Assembly: GCA_030754595.1 (NCBI GenBank)
Contig: JASLZZ010000129.1
Location: 45,184 to 109,183, forward strand
From: Nitrospinota bacterium
GTDB taxonomy: Bacteria; UBA8248
Reading direction: 5' to 3'
DNA length: 64,000 nucleotides
A program made the position numbers and the translations under genes. The first letter of the stretch is position 1. Every line of letters starts with the position of its first letter. The notes beneath the pieces are model-generated. The model was given only the letters and a program-made list of their open reading frames with translations, was not told where the DNA came from and did no database searches. This document shows positions 10,030 to 19,760 of this stretch, in pieces.

Positions 10030-10998
10030 CTAGCGGGAAATCTCCCTGAGACGCTCGAAACGGGAAACCCGGACGGACTCAAACTCGCTGTCGGAGATTT
10101 CCCCCTGCGCCCGGCGGTCGTCGAGGGCCGCGATGGCGCGGACAAGCTCGTCCCGCTTCGCCTGAAGGGTCAACTCCTGCTTCCTCCTTCCGCGAATCCA
10201 GAAGGCCAGCCCAGTGCCGAGGATAAAAACACCTCCCCCGGCAGCGAAAAAATAATAAATTCCGCCCCCCGAATCCGGCGCCTTGAGGGCAAAACGGACC
10301 ACACCTCCCGATCGGGAGGCGGTGGCATAGGACTCGTACTCACCGTCCTGGAACTTAACCGGATTGGCAACGATAAAACCCTCGGCCTCCACCTGCACCC
10401 GGTCTTTTTCGGGGAGAAGGGCGAAGCTCGGAGTGCCATAAACGATGGGGCGCTCGACGAAGATACCCCCGAACTCATCCGCTAGACGATAGAACAGGCC
10501 GACTAGCTTCATCCCGGGCGGGATCGGCTCGGTCGATAAAATCTCCTCGCCCGCCCATTGGACATTCTTCGGATCGAGGCCCTGCACCGGAGCGGTCAGC
10601 TCCGCTCTCGGATTGCGAATGTTGTTGCTCTTCGGGAGTGCGAATCGCAGCGTCGGCGCGCCTCCCTTCGAAACGATAGTTTTTTTCCCCCGATTCTCGA
10701 ACATGAAGATTTCACGAACCTCAAAAAATCCCTTGGCCAGGCGGGCAAACAGGAGGTTCCGAGAGAGGGTGAGCCGGGAGGTGTCCGTCGTTGTCCCGCC
10801 CGTAGGTGCCAGCGAGCCGGGGGCCTTTTCCGGGGACGCGGTAGTTGATGGGGAGCCGGGGGCTTTTCGGGGCTGCGCGGCCGTTGATGGGGATGTCTTG
10901 TCCGCCGGGGCGGAGAAGGCGAAAATTTCGATCCCGAACGACGCAAAAAGGAATACCGACACAAATACAATGGCTTGTCTAATATTCCAACTATTCAC
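10030..10998 (-). CDS. Uncharacterised exported protein with C-terminal TM and short helical tail, inside the ccm operon
   Basis: Signal peptide, P/S/T-rich linker, beta-rich body, TM, then RDELVRAIAALDD...GEIS; stop abuts the ccmA start. Confidence 0.7.
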   Translation of the reverse strand: MNSWNIRQAIVFVSVFLFASFGIEIFAFSAPADKTSPSTAAQPRKAPGSPSTTASPEKAPGSLAPTGGTTTDTSRLTLSRNLLFARLAKGFFEVREIFMFENRGKKTIVSKGGAPTLRFALPKSNNIRNPRAELTAPVQGLDPKNVQWAGEEILSTEPIPPGMKLVGLFYRLADEFGGIFVERPIVYGTPSFALLPEKDRVQVEAEGFIVANPVKFQDGEYESYATASRSGGVVRFALKAPDSGGGIYYFFAAGGGVFILGTGLAFWIRGRRKQELTLQAKRDELVRAIAALDDRRAQGEISDSEFESVRVSRFERLREISR

Positions 10999-11070
10999 TT
11001 TAATTTACTCCCGCAACCTGTGAAAAATCACGACCCTTTCCGGCCTGCACCCCGCGAACGTTCCAATGAT

Positions 11071-11739
11071 TCACTTTAACTTACTCCCGCAACCGGGGCA
11101 AAATTTATGGCTTTTCTCGGCCCGTGCCCCGCACTCCGGGCAAAACTCCGCCTTTTCATCCACTTCGGCGGATTCTTCTACGGCGGAGCCCGGCCCATCG
11201 AGCTGAATCCCACCCTCCACCTTCTCATCCACACCGGCGGAGCCCTGCCCGGCGGAGCCCTTCGGCGGCAGGACCTTCCTGTGGCGCAGGATTTCAGCCT
11301 CGAGCCTCTCGTCGATGCGTTCCTCCTCGCTCGGGGCCGAGCCCGCCCTGGCGGTGAAAGGCGTCAATTTCGGGTCCAGGGCGGCGTCCACCGCCTCGCC
11401 CTCGCCGAGATAGGCGGGGACCATTCCCTCCTTCACCCCGCAGGCCTCAAGGCGCCTCAGGGCGTTCAGCGCCCCCGACCGCGCCCGGCCAATCATCTCC
11501 CCATAATCCTCCTCCGAGAGCTTACCCATCTCCCGGTCCATGTCGATCTCCCGGATGTTGCGGTAGGCCTGCTCCCGCTCGATCAGCAGCCGCGCGATCT
11601 CCACTCCCGCCGCGTCGGCGGCGTCGGCCTCGCCGCTTCCTCCGGTCCCCGCCACGGCCGGACGGCCGAGGGGCCAGAGCGCATACGCAAACGCGGCCAA
11701 AATTATCGCCGCAACGCCGATCAGGCCCAGAGTCTCCAT
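11071..11739 (-). CDS. CcmI-N-like membrane protein with C-terminal zinc ribbon
   Basis: N-terminal TM, IREIDMDREMGKLSEEDY, and FCPECG...FCPGCG. Confidence 0.75.
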   Translation of the reverse strand: METLGLIGVAAIILAAFAYALWPLGRPAVAGTGGSGEADAADAAGVEIARLLIEREQAYRNIREIDMDREMGKLSEEDYGEMIGRARSGALNALRRLEACGVKEGMVPAYLGEGEAVDAALDPKLTPFTARAGSAPSEEERIDERLEAEILRHRKVLPPKGSAGQGSAGVDEKVEGGIQLDGPGSAVEESAEVDEKAEFCPECGARAEKSHKFCPGCGSKLK

Positions 11740-11742
11740 CCC

Positions 11743-13722
11743 CTAGGCTCCTGCCGCGGTGGGCTTCGCCCGCCGCCGCCGGCCCCACCGCTCCGGCAAA
11801 AAGCACACGATCGTCCCGAGGGTGAAAACGTAGCCCCCGGCCCATATCCAGTTAATAAGGGGGTTAATCATGAACTTAAAGGTCGCCGAGCCATCCTCGT
11901 CCACATCGGCGAACACCGCGTAAATGTCCTCGGTAAAACCATAGCGGATTCCCGCCTCCGTCGTCGGCTGGGGCGGGGTGAAATAGAGACGCTTTTCGGC
12001 CTCGATCTCCCCCAGCCGGGCGCCCTTCTTGAAGACCGCGAGGCGGGCGAACGCCGATTGGTACTGAGGCGATCGCTCCTGGCGAACTCCCTCGTACTTG
12101 AACCGCGTCCCCTCCATCTCAAAACTCTGGCCCAGCGAGAGACGGACCTCGCCCACCTGCTGATAGGCCGACGAGGCGGCCACCCCGATGAAAATCAGGG
12201 CCATCGCAAAGTGGACGATGTAGCCCCCGAAGCGCCGTTTGTTGCGCATCGTCAGCTCCCAGGCGGCCGCGAAAATCCCGTCGCCCTGGTGGCGCCGCCG
12301 CGCCGAGATCCCCCGGTAGTATTCGAGGAAAATCGTCGCGATCATAAAGATGCAAAGCGAGAAGGCGAGGACCGCATAAACGTGCCTCACCCCGAGAGTC
12401 ACCAGCGCCGCCAGCGAGGCCAGGGCGACGATGACGGGATAGGTGAAATTCTTCCGGAGCATCTTCGTCGAGGCCCGCCTCCAGGCGAGGAGCGGCGAGA
12501 CGCCCGCCAGGAGTATCAGCAACAGCCCGATGGGCACATTCACCTGATTGAAAAACGGGGGGCCTACCGTTACCTTCACCCCTTTCACCGCCTCGCTGAG
12601 CACCGGGAACATCGTCCCCCAGAAAACAGAGAAAGTCATGCCGACGAGGACAACATTGTTCAAAAGAAAACTCGCCTCGCGCGAGAAAAAACTCTCCATC
12701 TCGTGTTCGCTCTTGAGCATGGGGAGCCGCCAGATCACCAGACCGAAACCGAAGATCAGGGTAATGACGATGTAGGCCAGGAACACCCAGCCGAAGCTGC
12801 TGCTCGCGAAGGCGTGAACGCTCGAGATGATGCCGCTGCGGGTGATGAACGTGCCAAACAGGGTGAGCGCATAGGTGATGATGATCAGCGAGACGTTCCA
12901 GACCTTCAGCATCCCCCGCTTTTCCTGAATCATCACCGAATGAAGAAAAGCCGTCCCCATGAGCCAGGGCATCAGGCTGGCATTCTCCACCGGGTCCCAC
13001 GCCCAGTAGCCTCCCCAGCCGAGCTCGCGGTAGGCCCAGGCGCCGCCGAGCAGAATCCCCATCCCGTTAAAAAACCAGGCCGTGAGCGTCCAGCGCCGGG
13101 TGGTGGATATCCAGGCGGAATCGAGCTTTCCGGACACGAGGGCCCCGACGCAAAACGCAAAGGGAACCGCGAAACCCACATACCCCAAAAAAAGATTCGG
13201 CGGGTGAATCACCATCCCCCAGTCCTGAAGCAGCGGATTGAGCCCCTGCCCGTTCAGGGGCGGGTTCGGCAGGGTATCGAAGGGGGGAGTCACGAAATTC
13301 AGGATTGTCATGAAGAAGGCGGCCGTCACCATGAGCGTCGCCGTAACGTAGGGCATCAACTCGATGTTCCGGTGGCGGTTTTGCCGCAGGACGATGAACG
13401 CGAATATGCAAAGCAGAAGCAGCCAGAAGAGAAGGCTACCCTTCTGCCCTCCCCATAGGCCGCTGAACCGGTAGAAGGCATTCAGATTGTTGTCCACGAT
13501 ACTGGTGACGTATTCGACTCGGTAGTCCCGGACGAGCAGCAAGACGACGAGGCTGGCGCTCGCCGCCGATACCAGCGCGAATACGGCGGTGGCGGCGTTG
13601 CGACCGGCGGAGATGAGTTCCGGCCGTTTTTTCAGGCCGCCCCAAACCGAGGCGGCGGCGCTGAACAAAGCAAGGACATAGGCGGCCCAGAGACCGTAGT
13701 GTCCGAGTTCAATCAGGAACAT
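11743..13722 (-). CDS. ccmF: Heme lyase CcmF
   Basis: WGGQKGSLL, GLNPLLQ, IHPP, WGGYWAWDPVEN and SVHAF. Confidence 0.97.
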   Translation of the reverse strand: MFLIELGHYGLWAAYVLALFSAAASVWGGLKKRPELISAGRNAATAVFALVSAASASLVVLLLVRDYRVEYVTSIVDNNLNAFYRFSGLWGGQKGSLLFWLLLLCIFAFIVLRQNRHRNIELMPYVTATLMVTAAFFMTILNFVTPPFDTLPNPPLNGQGLNPLLQDWGMVIHPPNLFLGYVGFAVPFAFCVGALVSGKLDSAWISTTRRWTLTAWFFNGMGILLGGAWAYRELGWGGYWAWDPVENASLMPWLMGTAFLHSVMIQEKRGMLKVWNVSLIIITYALTLFGTFITRSGIISSVHAFASSSFGWVFLAYIVITLIFGFGLVIWRLPMLKSEHEMESFFSREASFLLNNVVLVGMTFSVFWGTMFPVLSEAVKGVKVTVGPPFFNQVNVPIGLLLILLAGVSPLLAWRRASTKMLRKNFTYPVIVALASLAALVTLGVRHVYAVLAFSLCIFMIATIFLEYYRGISARRRHQGDGIFAAAWELTMRNKRRFGGYIVHFAMALIFIGVAASSAYQQVGEVRLSLGQSFEMEGTRFKYEGVRQERSPQYQSAFARLAVFKKGARLGEIEAEKRLYFTPPQPTTEAGIRYGFTEDIYAVFADVDEDGSATFKFMINPLINWIWAGGYVFTLGTIVCFLPERWGRRRRAKPTAAGA

Positions 13723-13791
13723 CGAGTAGCTCCCTGGGCAATTTGTATGCCGGAAATAATAACCGCGCCGGGCAACCGGTGCGGTGGAGGG

Positions 13792-14268
13792 CTAGTTTTT
13801 CGATTCGGTCTTTTTCGCCGCAATATCAATGAGCTTCAAATGATCGGCAGCGTCCGGGACTTCCTCTCCCGCCTTCTTCATCTCCGTGAATTTCGAAGGG
13901 CAGGCCACCATCAGGTTTTTCGCCACGAGAACCCCTTGGGCGTTGATTTTTCCCTCGGCGATGACGGGAAACCCGTTTTCAAGGAGGTCGGGCGGAACCC
14001 CGGTGTAATTCACAGGAAGAACCGCATTTTTCCCCTGAAGGCTGAACGAAAGGAGCATGGCCTCCGAATTCCGCGAGAGGGAGTGGGGAACGAGCTTTCC
14101 CTCCACCCGGATTCCCTGCCCCGAAAGGCTTTGGCCCTTATCCGCGATTTCATCGACCGTCAGGAAGTAGGAAAGGTTTTCGCTCTGGAAACTTGTGAAA
14201 AACAAAAAGAGAAACGCGCTGAGAAGGACAGCCCCAGCGATAAGGAATTTTATCCGATTTACGTTCAT
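13792..14268 (-). CDS. ccmE: Heme chaperone CcmE, Cys-type variant
   Basis: N-terminal TM, YFLTVDE, IRVEG, YTGVPPD, VIAEG; motif CPSKF where HxxxY or CxxxY is expected. Confidence 0.9.
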   Translation of the reverse strand: MNVNRIKFLIAGAVLLSAFLFLFFTSFQSENLSYFLTVDEIADKGQSLSGQGIRVEGKLVPHSLSRNSEAMLLSFSLQGKNAVLPVNYTGVPPDLLENGFPVIAEGKINAQGVLVAKNLMVACPSKFTEMKKAGEEVPDAADHLKLIDIAAKKTESKN

Positions 14269-14488
14269 TCATGCCCCCGGTGCAGGACTCCGATTAAAAG
14301 CGGCAGTAACCTCTCCTTAAAGAATACGTTTCAAAACCTTATCTTTCAACAGGAAACCGGAAAAATCGGGAAAATATTCCTCTTCTCCGGACGGAATCCG
14401 GAAATCGGCGACCTGCAAAAAAACGACCCCCGGCTCGCCGGCGCATCGGCAAGCCGGGGGTCGAATTCCACGCTTTCGGCGATCGGGA

Positions 14489-15520
14489 TTACTTGACCTC
14501 CCGCTCCTCGATCCAGGGCATCATCGCCCGGAGACGGGCGCCGACGACCTCGATGGGATGCTCCTTTTCCTTGCGGACCACGGTGTTGAACGTGGGCCGG
14601 CCCACCATGTTCTCGTTAATCCACTCGCCGGCGAAATCGCCCGATTGAATTTCCTGGAGAATTCCCTTCATGCGCTCGCGGGTTCCCTCGTCGATCACCC
14701 TCTTCCCGCGCGTGATGTCGCCGTACTCGGCGGTGTCCGAGACCGAGTAGCGCATCATCGTGATGCCGCCCTGGTAGATGAGATCGGTGATGAGTTTCAC
14801 CTCGTGGAGGCACTCGAAATAGGCCAGCGCCGGCTGATAGCCCGCCTCGACCAGCGTTTCGAACGCCGCCCGGATGAGCTCGGAGATTCCGCCGCAAAGG
14901 ACGGCCTGCTCCCCGAAAAGGTCGGTCTCGGTCTCCTCCTCGATGGTGGTTTCGATGATGCCGGCCCGCGCGCAGCCCACCGCCTTGCCGTAGGCGAGCG
15001 CGTAGTCCCGCGCCTTGCCGGTGGCGTCCTGGAACACCGCCACCAGGCCGGGAACGCCGCGGCCGTCCTCGTACTGAAACCGCATGGTGTGGCCCGGGCT
15101 CTTGGGCGCGATCATCACCACGTCGATATTGTCGGCCGGGATAATCTGACCATAGTTCAGGTTGAAACCGTGCGCGACGACGAAGGCGTCGCCGTCCTTC
15201 ATGTTGGGCTCGATGTCGTTTTTCCAGATACCTGACTGGAGATGGTCCTGGGTCAGCATGACTACCATGTCGCCCGCCTTCGCCGCCTCGGCGGTCTCCA
15301 TCACCTCGAGGCCGTCGTCCTCGGCCTGTTTCCACCGGGCGGAGGTTTTGCGGAGGCCGACCACCACCTTGGCCCCGCTGTCCTGGCAGTTGAGGGCGTG
15401 CGCCCGGCCCTGGCTGCCGTAGCCGATGACTGCGATGGTCCTGTCCTGAAGCAAGTTCAGGTCGGCATCGGCGTCGTAGTAGATTTTCAGATCTTTCAGA
15501 AGTTCATCGGAATTGGTCAT
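14489..15520 (-). CDS. ilvC: Ketol-acid reductoisomerase (class I)
   Basis: [30 protein letters not shown] and SDTAEYG. Start placed at ATG 15520; the ORF-track extension overlaps the promoter. Confidence 0.97.
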   Translation of the reverse strand: MTNSDELLKDLKIYYDADADLNLLQDRTIAVIGYGSQGRAHALNCQDSGAKVVVGLRKTSARWKQAEDDGLEVMETAEAAKAGDMVVMLTQDHLQSGIWKNDIEPNMKDGDAFVVAHGFNLNYGQIIPADNIDVVMIAPKSPGHTMRFQYEDGRGVPGLVAVFQDATGKARDYALAYGKAVGCARAGIIETTIEEETETDLFGEQAVLCGGISELIRAAFETLVEAGYQPALAYFECLHEVKLITDLIYQGGITMMRYSVSDTAEYGDITRGKRVIDEGTRERMKGILQEIQSGDFAGEWINENMVGRPTFNTVVRKEKEHPIEVVGARLRAMMPWIEEREVK

Positions 15521-15623
15521 GACTTTCGCCCCTTCGGCTGTTCGAAAAAGAAATCCACAGCGCGCGCCGATAAGGGCGAGCGCATCGCCATATCGCAGGA
15601 TAGGCCCTGAAAAATGACGGTCT

Positions 15624-15652
15624 AATCTAGGGACCGTAGACGAGGGTGTCAA
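15624..15652 (-). promoter_or_regulatory. Sigma70-type promoter upstream of ilvC
   Basis: TTGACA-17 nt-TAGATT on the minus strand. Confidence 0.6.
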
Positions 15653-15763
15653 GGCGGAACGAGGGCCTTGATGCTTCCGCCCGTTACCCCTTATGGTGGC
15701 TCTTGACCTGAGGTTTCACCGGTTTCCGCCCCCACGGCCCTACCCTATCGGTCAGGAGCGAAT

Positions 15764-16813
15764 ATGTCCCGTTCTTCGAGTATTCTCCGGATCTCCCGGA
15801 CACTCGCCGCCCCCGCTTTCCTGATCTGCGCCCTCTTCGCGGCGGCCCTGCTCGCCCCGCCTCCCACAGCTGCCGCCGATCGGGTGACCATCGTGCTCAA
15901 CTGGCTCCCGGGAGGGGCCCATGTGCCCATCTATTATGCGCGGGACGCCGGCTTTTATAAGAAAGCGGGAATAGAGGTCGAAATCCGGAGTTCGCGGGGC
16001 AGCCGGGAGGCACTGAGCGCTCTGGGCGCGGGCAAGGCCCAGTTCGCCATCACCGAGGCGGCCGAGCTCTTCTCCAGGCGGGCCGACGGCCTCAAGCCGG
16101 TGGGGGTGATGGCCTATTTCAACAAAAGCCCGAACGCCGTGTTGGCGCTCAATGGCTCGGGGATCCGCCGCATCGCCGATCTGGCCGGAAAGCGGATCGC
16201 CGCCCCGCGATCTTCATTGCCGCGGATACTGTTTCCCCGGCTGGCGGGCGAGGGAAAAATCAACCTGAAGGAAGTGCACTGGGTCAGCCTGGCGCCCGCC
16301 GAGCTGATGCCGGCGCTGATCGCGGGAAAGGTCGATGCCGTCGCCTCCTCCACGATGGTCGCTCATCAGTACCGCGTCGCCGCCTCGAAAAAAGGGGGAG
16401 CGCTCTCCGTCCTCCCCCTCGCCGACGCCGGCGTGAACATCTACTCGCTCGTCCTCGCGGCGCCGAAGGCCTTCATCACCAAGAAACCCGGGCTGGCGAA
16501 ATCCTTCGTCCGGGCTACGGCCGAGGGAGTGGCCGCCGCCCTTGAACGCCCGGGCGCGGCCCTTAAAATCTTCCTCAAGGCGAATCCGGCCGCCATCCGG
16601 CCCCGGGCCCGCGCCGAGTGGCGGGTGGCGCACTCGCTCATTTATCCGCTCGAGGCGCGGCGCTCGCCCCTCGGGCGATTTGAGCGGAGCCGCATCGAGG
16701 AGATGAGGAAAATCCTCACCCGGATCAGGAATCTCAGGACCGTTTTATCGTCCATCGACGTCTACTCGAACGAACTCGTGCCCGCGCTCAGGCCGCGTCC
16801 CGGAGCCCTCTAG
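15764..16813 (+). CDS. ABC transporter substrate-binding protein, NMT1/THI5 family
   Basis: Signal peptide, LNWLPGGAHVPIYYA...GFY...GIEV, DLAGKRI and ALIAGKVDA. Confidence 0.85.
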   Translation: MSRSSSILRISRTLAAPAFLICALFAAALLAPPPTAAADRVTIVLNWLPGGAHVPIYYARDAGFYKKAGIEVEIRSSRGSREALSALGAGKAQFAITEAAELFSRRADGLKPVGVMAYFNKSPNAVLALNGSGIRRIADLAGKRIAAPRSSLPRILFPRLAGEGKINLKEVHWVSLAPAELMPALIAGKVDAVASSTMVAHQYRVAASKKGGALSVLPLADAGVNIYSLVLAAPKAFITKKPGLAKSFVRATAEGVAAALERPGAALKIFLKANPAAIRPRARAEWRVAHSLIYPLEARRSPLGRFERSRIEEMRKILTRIRNLRTVLSSIDVYSNELVPALRPRPGAL

Positions 16814-16837
16814 GGGCGCTCCCTCCGGGAGGGGGGC

Positions 16838-16874
16838 ATAAAAAGGCCGAAGGCTATTAGCCCCCGACCTTTTT
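16838..16874. terminator. Probable bidirectional intrinsic terminator
   Basis: aaaaagg...ggcta-t-tagcc...cctttttt between convergent genes. Confidence 0.5.
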
Positions 16875-16959
16875 AGCACTGGTTCGTTTCGTTTACCGGC
16901 CCGGCATGGGGCCGTCCCTCTCATCCCGGGGTATCTCTCGCCCTACCGCGCAGGCCTCA

Positions 16960-18393
16960 TTAAATCGTCGAGGTGATGACGGGCCTTCCGATCCCCTGGA
17001 AAGCCTCGCCCACCTCGTCGGCCGCCCGCGAGGCCGCCTCGAAGGCCTCCTGCGCCAGCTCCCGGCTTTTCTCGGCGAAATGGCGGGCCGACCCGGCCAC
17101 CCGCTCCTTGGCGCCGGCGGCGAATGCGCTCGCCTGCGTGGAGAACTCCGCCGCCTGGGCGGCGGCGTACTTGGCCTGCTCGACGGCGGCCATGCCCAAG
17201 TCCTTGGCCCGCTCGAGGAGTTCCTTCGCCGCCTGGTCGGCGGCCTCGATGGCGCCCTGCTGTTTATGCGTGATCGCCTCGGCGGCGTGCTGGAGCGCCC
17301 GGGCGGCGGCCTCCTTGGCATCGGCCGCGGCCTTGAGGGCCGCCTCGTATGCCTCGGCCGCCGAGGGCATTTGGGGCACCTCGACCGGAATCGTCGGGTC
17401 GGTCTGGGTCCGAAGGACGCCGGTCGCCGGCGCCCCCATCGCTCGTCCCGCCGGCGCCGTCCGCCGCTCGTCGGCGGCGCGGAGGGCCTCCTCGTCCACC
17501 ATGATGTCGATCCGCCTGGCGACGACGCGCCGGCTCGGCTCGTTGATGCTCCAGGCGAGCCCGGCCGCCCCCATCAGGCGGATGAGATAATAGGTGATGT
17601 CCACCTCGAACCAGCGCTGGCCGTGGGCCGCCGAGCGCTGATCGGCGTGGTGGTTGTTGTGCCAGCCCTCGCCGAAGACGATGAGCGCCACCCACCAGCT
17701 GTTCGTGCTCTCCTCGTCGGTCCTGTAGTTGCGGTAGCCCCACAGGTGGGTCGCCGAGTTGACGAACCAGGTCGCGTGCCAGAGGGCGACCTGGCGCACA
17801 AACACCCCCCAGACGAGCCAGGAGGCGCCGAGCCCGCCCCAGAGCTCGCCCGCGAAATAGACCAAGGCGGCGAAGGCCACCCATATCCAGAAAAAATGGC
17901 GGTCGAAAAAGCGCTGGACCGGGTCCCGGTCCAGATCCTTGGCGAAGCGGCAGTACTCCCCGTAGGCGTGGCACCCGGGCATCGTCACGAAGAGCCAGCC
18001 AATGTGGGCCCACAGGAAGGTGACGAGCGGTGAGTGCGGGTCCGGCTCGTCGTCGGCCTCCTTGTGGTGGATCCGGTGCTGGGCCACCCACTGCATCGGC
18101 CCGCTTTGAAGGGCCAGCACTCCGCAAAACGTCAGGAAATATTCCATCCACTTAAAAGTCTGAAAGCTCCTGTGGGTCAGCAGCCGGTGAAAGCACATCG
18201 TGATGCCGAGCATCCCGGCCACGAAATAGATAACGACGCCCAACACCAGCCCCGAGCGGCTGTAGTAGGCCGGGTCGAGGGCAGACAGCGCGGCGAGATG
18301 AATCCCCCCGATGACAAGGACGGTCAACCACATCACCTTTCGCTCGCTCTTCCGGTGTACGGCGAGACGTTTATTTCCAGGATCGGGCACCAA
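16960..18393 (-). CDS. Delta-9-type acyl-CoA/acyl-lipid desaturase with Ala-rich C-terminal extension
   Basis: His boxes HRLLTH, HRIHH and GEGWHNNHH; about 170 extra C-terminal residues. Start uncertain. Confidence 0.9.
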   Translation of the reverse strand: MVPDPGNKRLAVHRKSERKVMWLTVLVIGGIHLAALSALDPAYYSRSGLVLGVVIYFVAGMLGITMCFHRLLTHRSFQTFKWMEYFLTFCGVLALQSGPMQWVAQHRIHHKEADDEPDPHSPLVTFLWAHIGWLFVTMPGCHAYGEYCRFAKDLDRDPVQRFFDRHFFWIWVAFAALVYFAGELWGGLGASWLVWGVFVRQVALWHATWFVNSATHLWGYRNYRTDEESTNSWWVALIVFGEGWHNNHHADQRSAAHGQRWFEVDITYYLIRLMGAAGLAWSINEPSRRVVARRIDIMVDEEALRAADERRTAPAGRAMGAPATGVLRTQTDPTIPVEVPQMPSAAEAYEAALKAAADAKEAAARALQHAAEAITHKQQGAIEAADQAAKELLERAKDLGMAAVEQAKYAAAQAAEFSTQASAFAAGAKERVAGSARHFAEKSRELAQEAFEAASRAADEVGEAFQGIGRPVITSTI

Positions 18394-18763
18394 TCCATAC
18401 CTCCCTTTGCAATGAATTCAGACCGGGATGCGTGGATATCACACCGCGCGGCGCCGCGGCGTCCGCTGCACGAGGCGCCCGGTGCTCGGATGCTCTCCGG
18501 GCGGGTCCCTGCCCCCAACAAAACGATCACTCCCGATACCCGCCCATGTTTGGCGAGGTAAATCCAAAAATCAAGCCGAAACCATCTGAAATATAAATTT
18601 TTCCTGACTTTTCAGGGGCCTTAGCTCCGGCCCCCACTTCGGCCTTAGCTTCGACCTTCATTCCGAGGCCCCACTTCGGCCTCCAGTAGCCTCCCATTTT
18701 CCGGGCCGATGTCATACGTTGGCAACATACGTATTCATCACCACTTTTCATCAGGAGCCCGCG

Positions 18764-19648
18764 ATGCCCGAAATCGAGGCCAACGGAATCAAACTTTTCT
18801 ATGAAACCTCCGGCAAGGGGACGCCCGTCGTCTTTGTCCACGAGTTCGCGGGCGACCACCGGAGCTGGGAGGACCAGGTCCGCTTCTTCGGCCGGCGCTA
18901 CAAGACCGTCGTCTATAACGCCCGGGGGTTTCCACCCTCCGAGGTTCCAGAGGAGGTCTCGGGCTACAGCCAGGATCTCGCCACCGGCGATCTCGCCGGG
19001 CTCATCCACGCCCTCGACCTCGCCCCGGCCCACGTCGTCGGCCTCTCGATGGGGGGCTTCGCCTCGCTCCACCTCGGGCTGCGCCACCCCGAGCTGGCCC
19101 GCTCGTGCGTCGTGGCCGGCTGCGGCTACGGCTCGGTGATGAGCGAGCGCGAGCGTTTTCAGCGGGAGACCCGGGAGGTCGCCCGCCGCTTCCTCGACGA
19201 GGGCTTCGAGAAATTCGCCGAAACCTACACCACCGGGCCCACCCGCGTTCAACTCGAACGCAAGGACCCGGCCGCCTTCGCCCGCTTCCAGCGCCACTTC
19301 GTCGAGCGCTCCGCCCTCGGCTCGGCCAACACCATGCGCGGCCTCCAGAGCGCCCGCCCCTCGGTCTACGAGCTCGAGGAGGCCATGAAAAAATCTCGCG
19401 TCCCCACCCTCATCCTCACCGGCGACGAGGATGAGCCCTGCCTCGAGCCGGGCCTGTTCATGAAGCGCACCATCCCCACCTCAGCGCTCGTCACCTTCCC
19501 CAACGCCGGCCACCTCATCAACCTCGAGGAGCCCGCCATGTTCAACCGCACCGTCCTCGACTTCATCACCGAGGTGGACGCCGGACGCTGGCCCACCCGC
19601 GACCCGCGCTCGATCAGCGCCTCATCATTGATGCAGGAGGACAAGTAG
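18764..19648 (+). CDS. Alpha/beta hydrolase
   Basis: GLSMGG nucleophile elbow, GDED and AGHLINLEEP; ATG 18764 with AGGAG RBS. Confidence 0.92.
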   Translation: MPEIEANGIKLFYETSGKGTPVVFVHEFAGDHRSWEDQVRFFGRRYKTVVYNARGFPPSEVPEEVSGYSQDLATGDLAGLIHALDLAPAHVVGLSMGGFASLHLGLRHPELARSCVVAGCGYGSVMSERERFQRETREVARRFLDEGFEKFAETYTTGPTRVQLERKDPAAFARFQRHFVERSALGSANTMRGLQSARPSVYELEEAMKKSRVPTLILTGDEDEPCLEPGLFMKRTIPTSALVTFPNAGHLINLEEPAMFNRTVLDFITEVDAGRWPTRDPRSISASSLMQEDK

Positions 19649-19760
19649 GGGAATCTTCGGTGGCAGACACGGCCCGACGCCGCCGGGAAGAGGCTGGACG
19701 GGAGATGGATCGAACAGCCCCCCCCACCGTTCACGGCCGTGTAAGGGGATTTCCCTTACC

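Noticed and set aside
11107..13458. 783-aa plus-strand ORF
   Set aside because: Antisense shadow of ccmF and its neighbour, expected from high-GC codon bias; no recognisable motifs.
15521..15652. N-terminal extension of ilvC in the ORF track
   Set aside because: The extension begins in the -35 box of a good promoter, and KARI similarity starts after ATG 15520.
18617..18684. Short interleaved repeats (ggccttagct x2, cccacttcggcct x2)
   Set aside because: Too short and irregular for a CRISPR array; no spacers and no cas genes.
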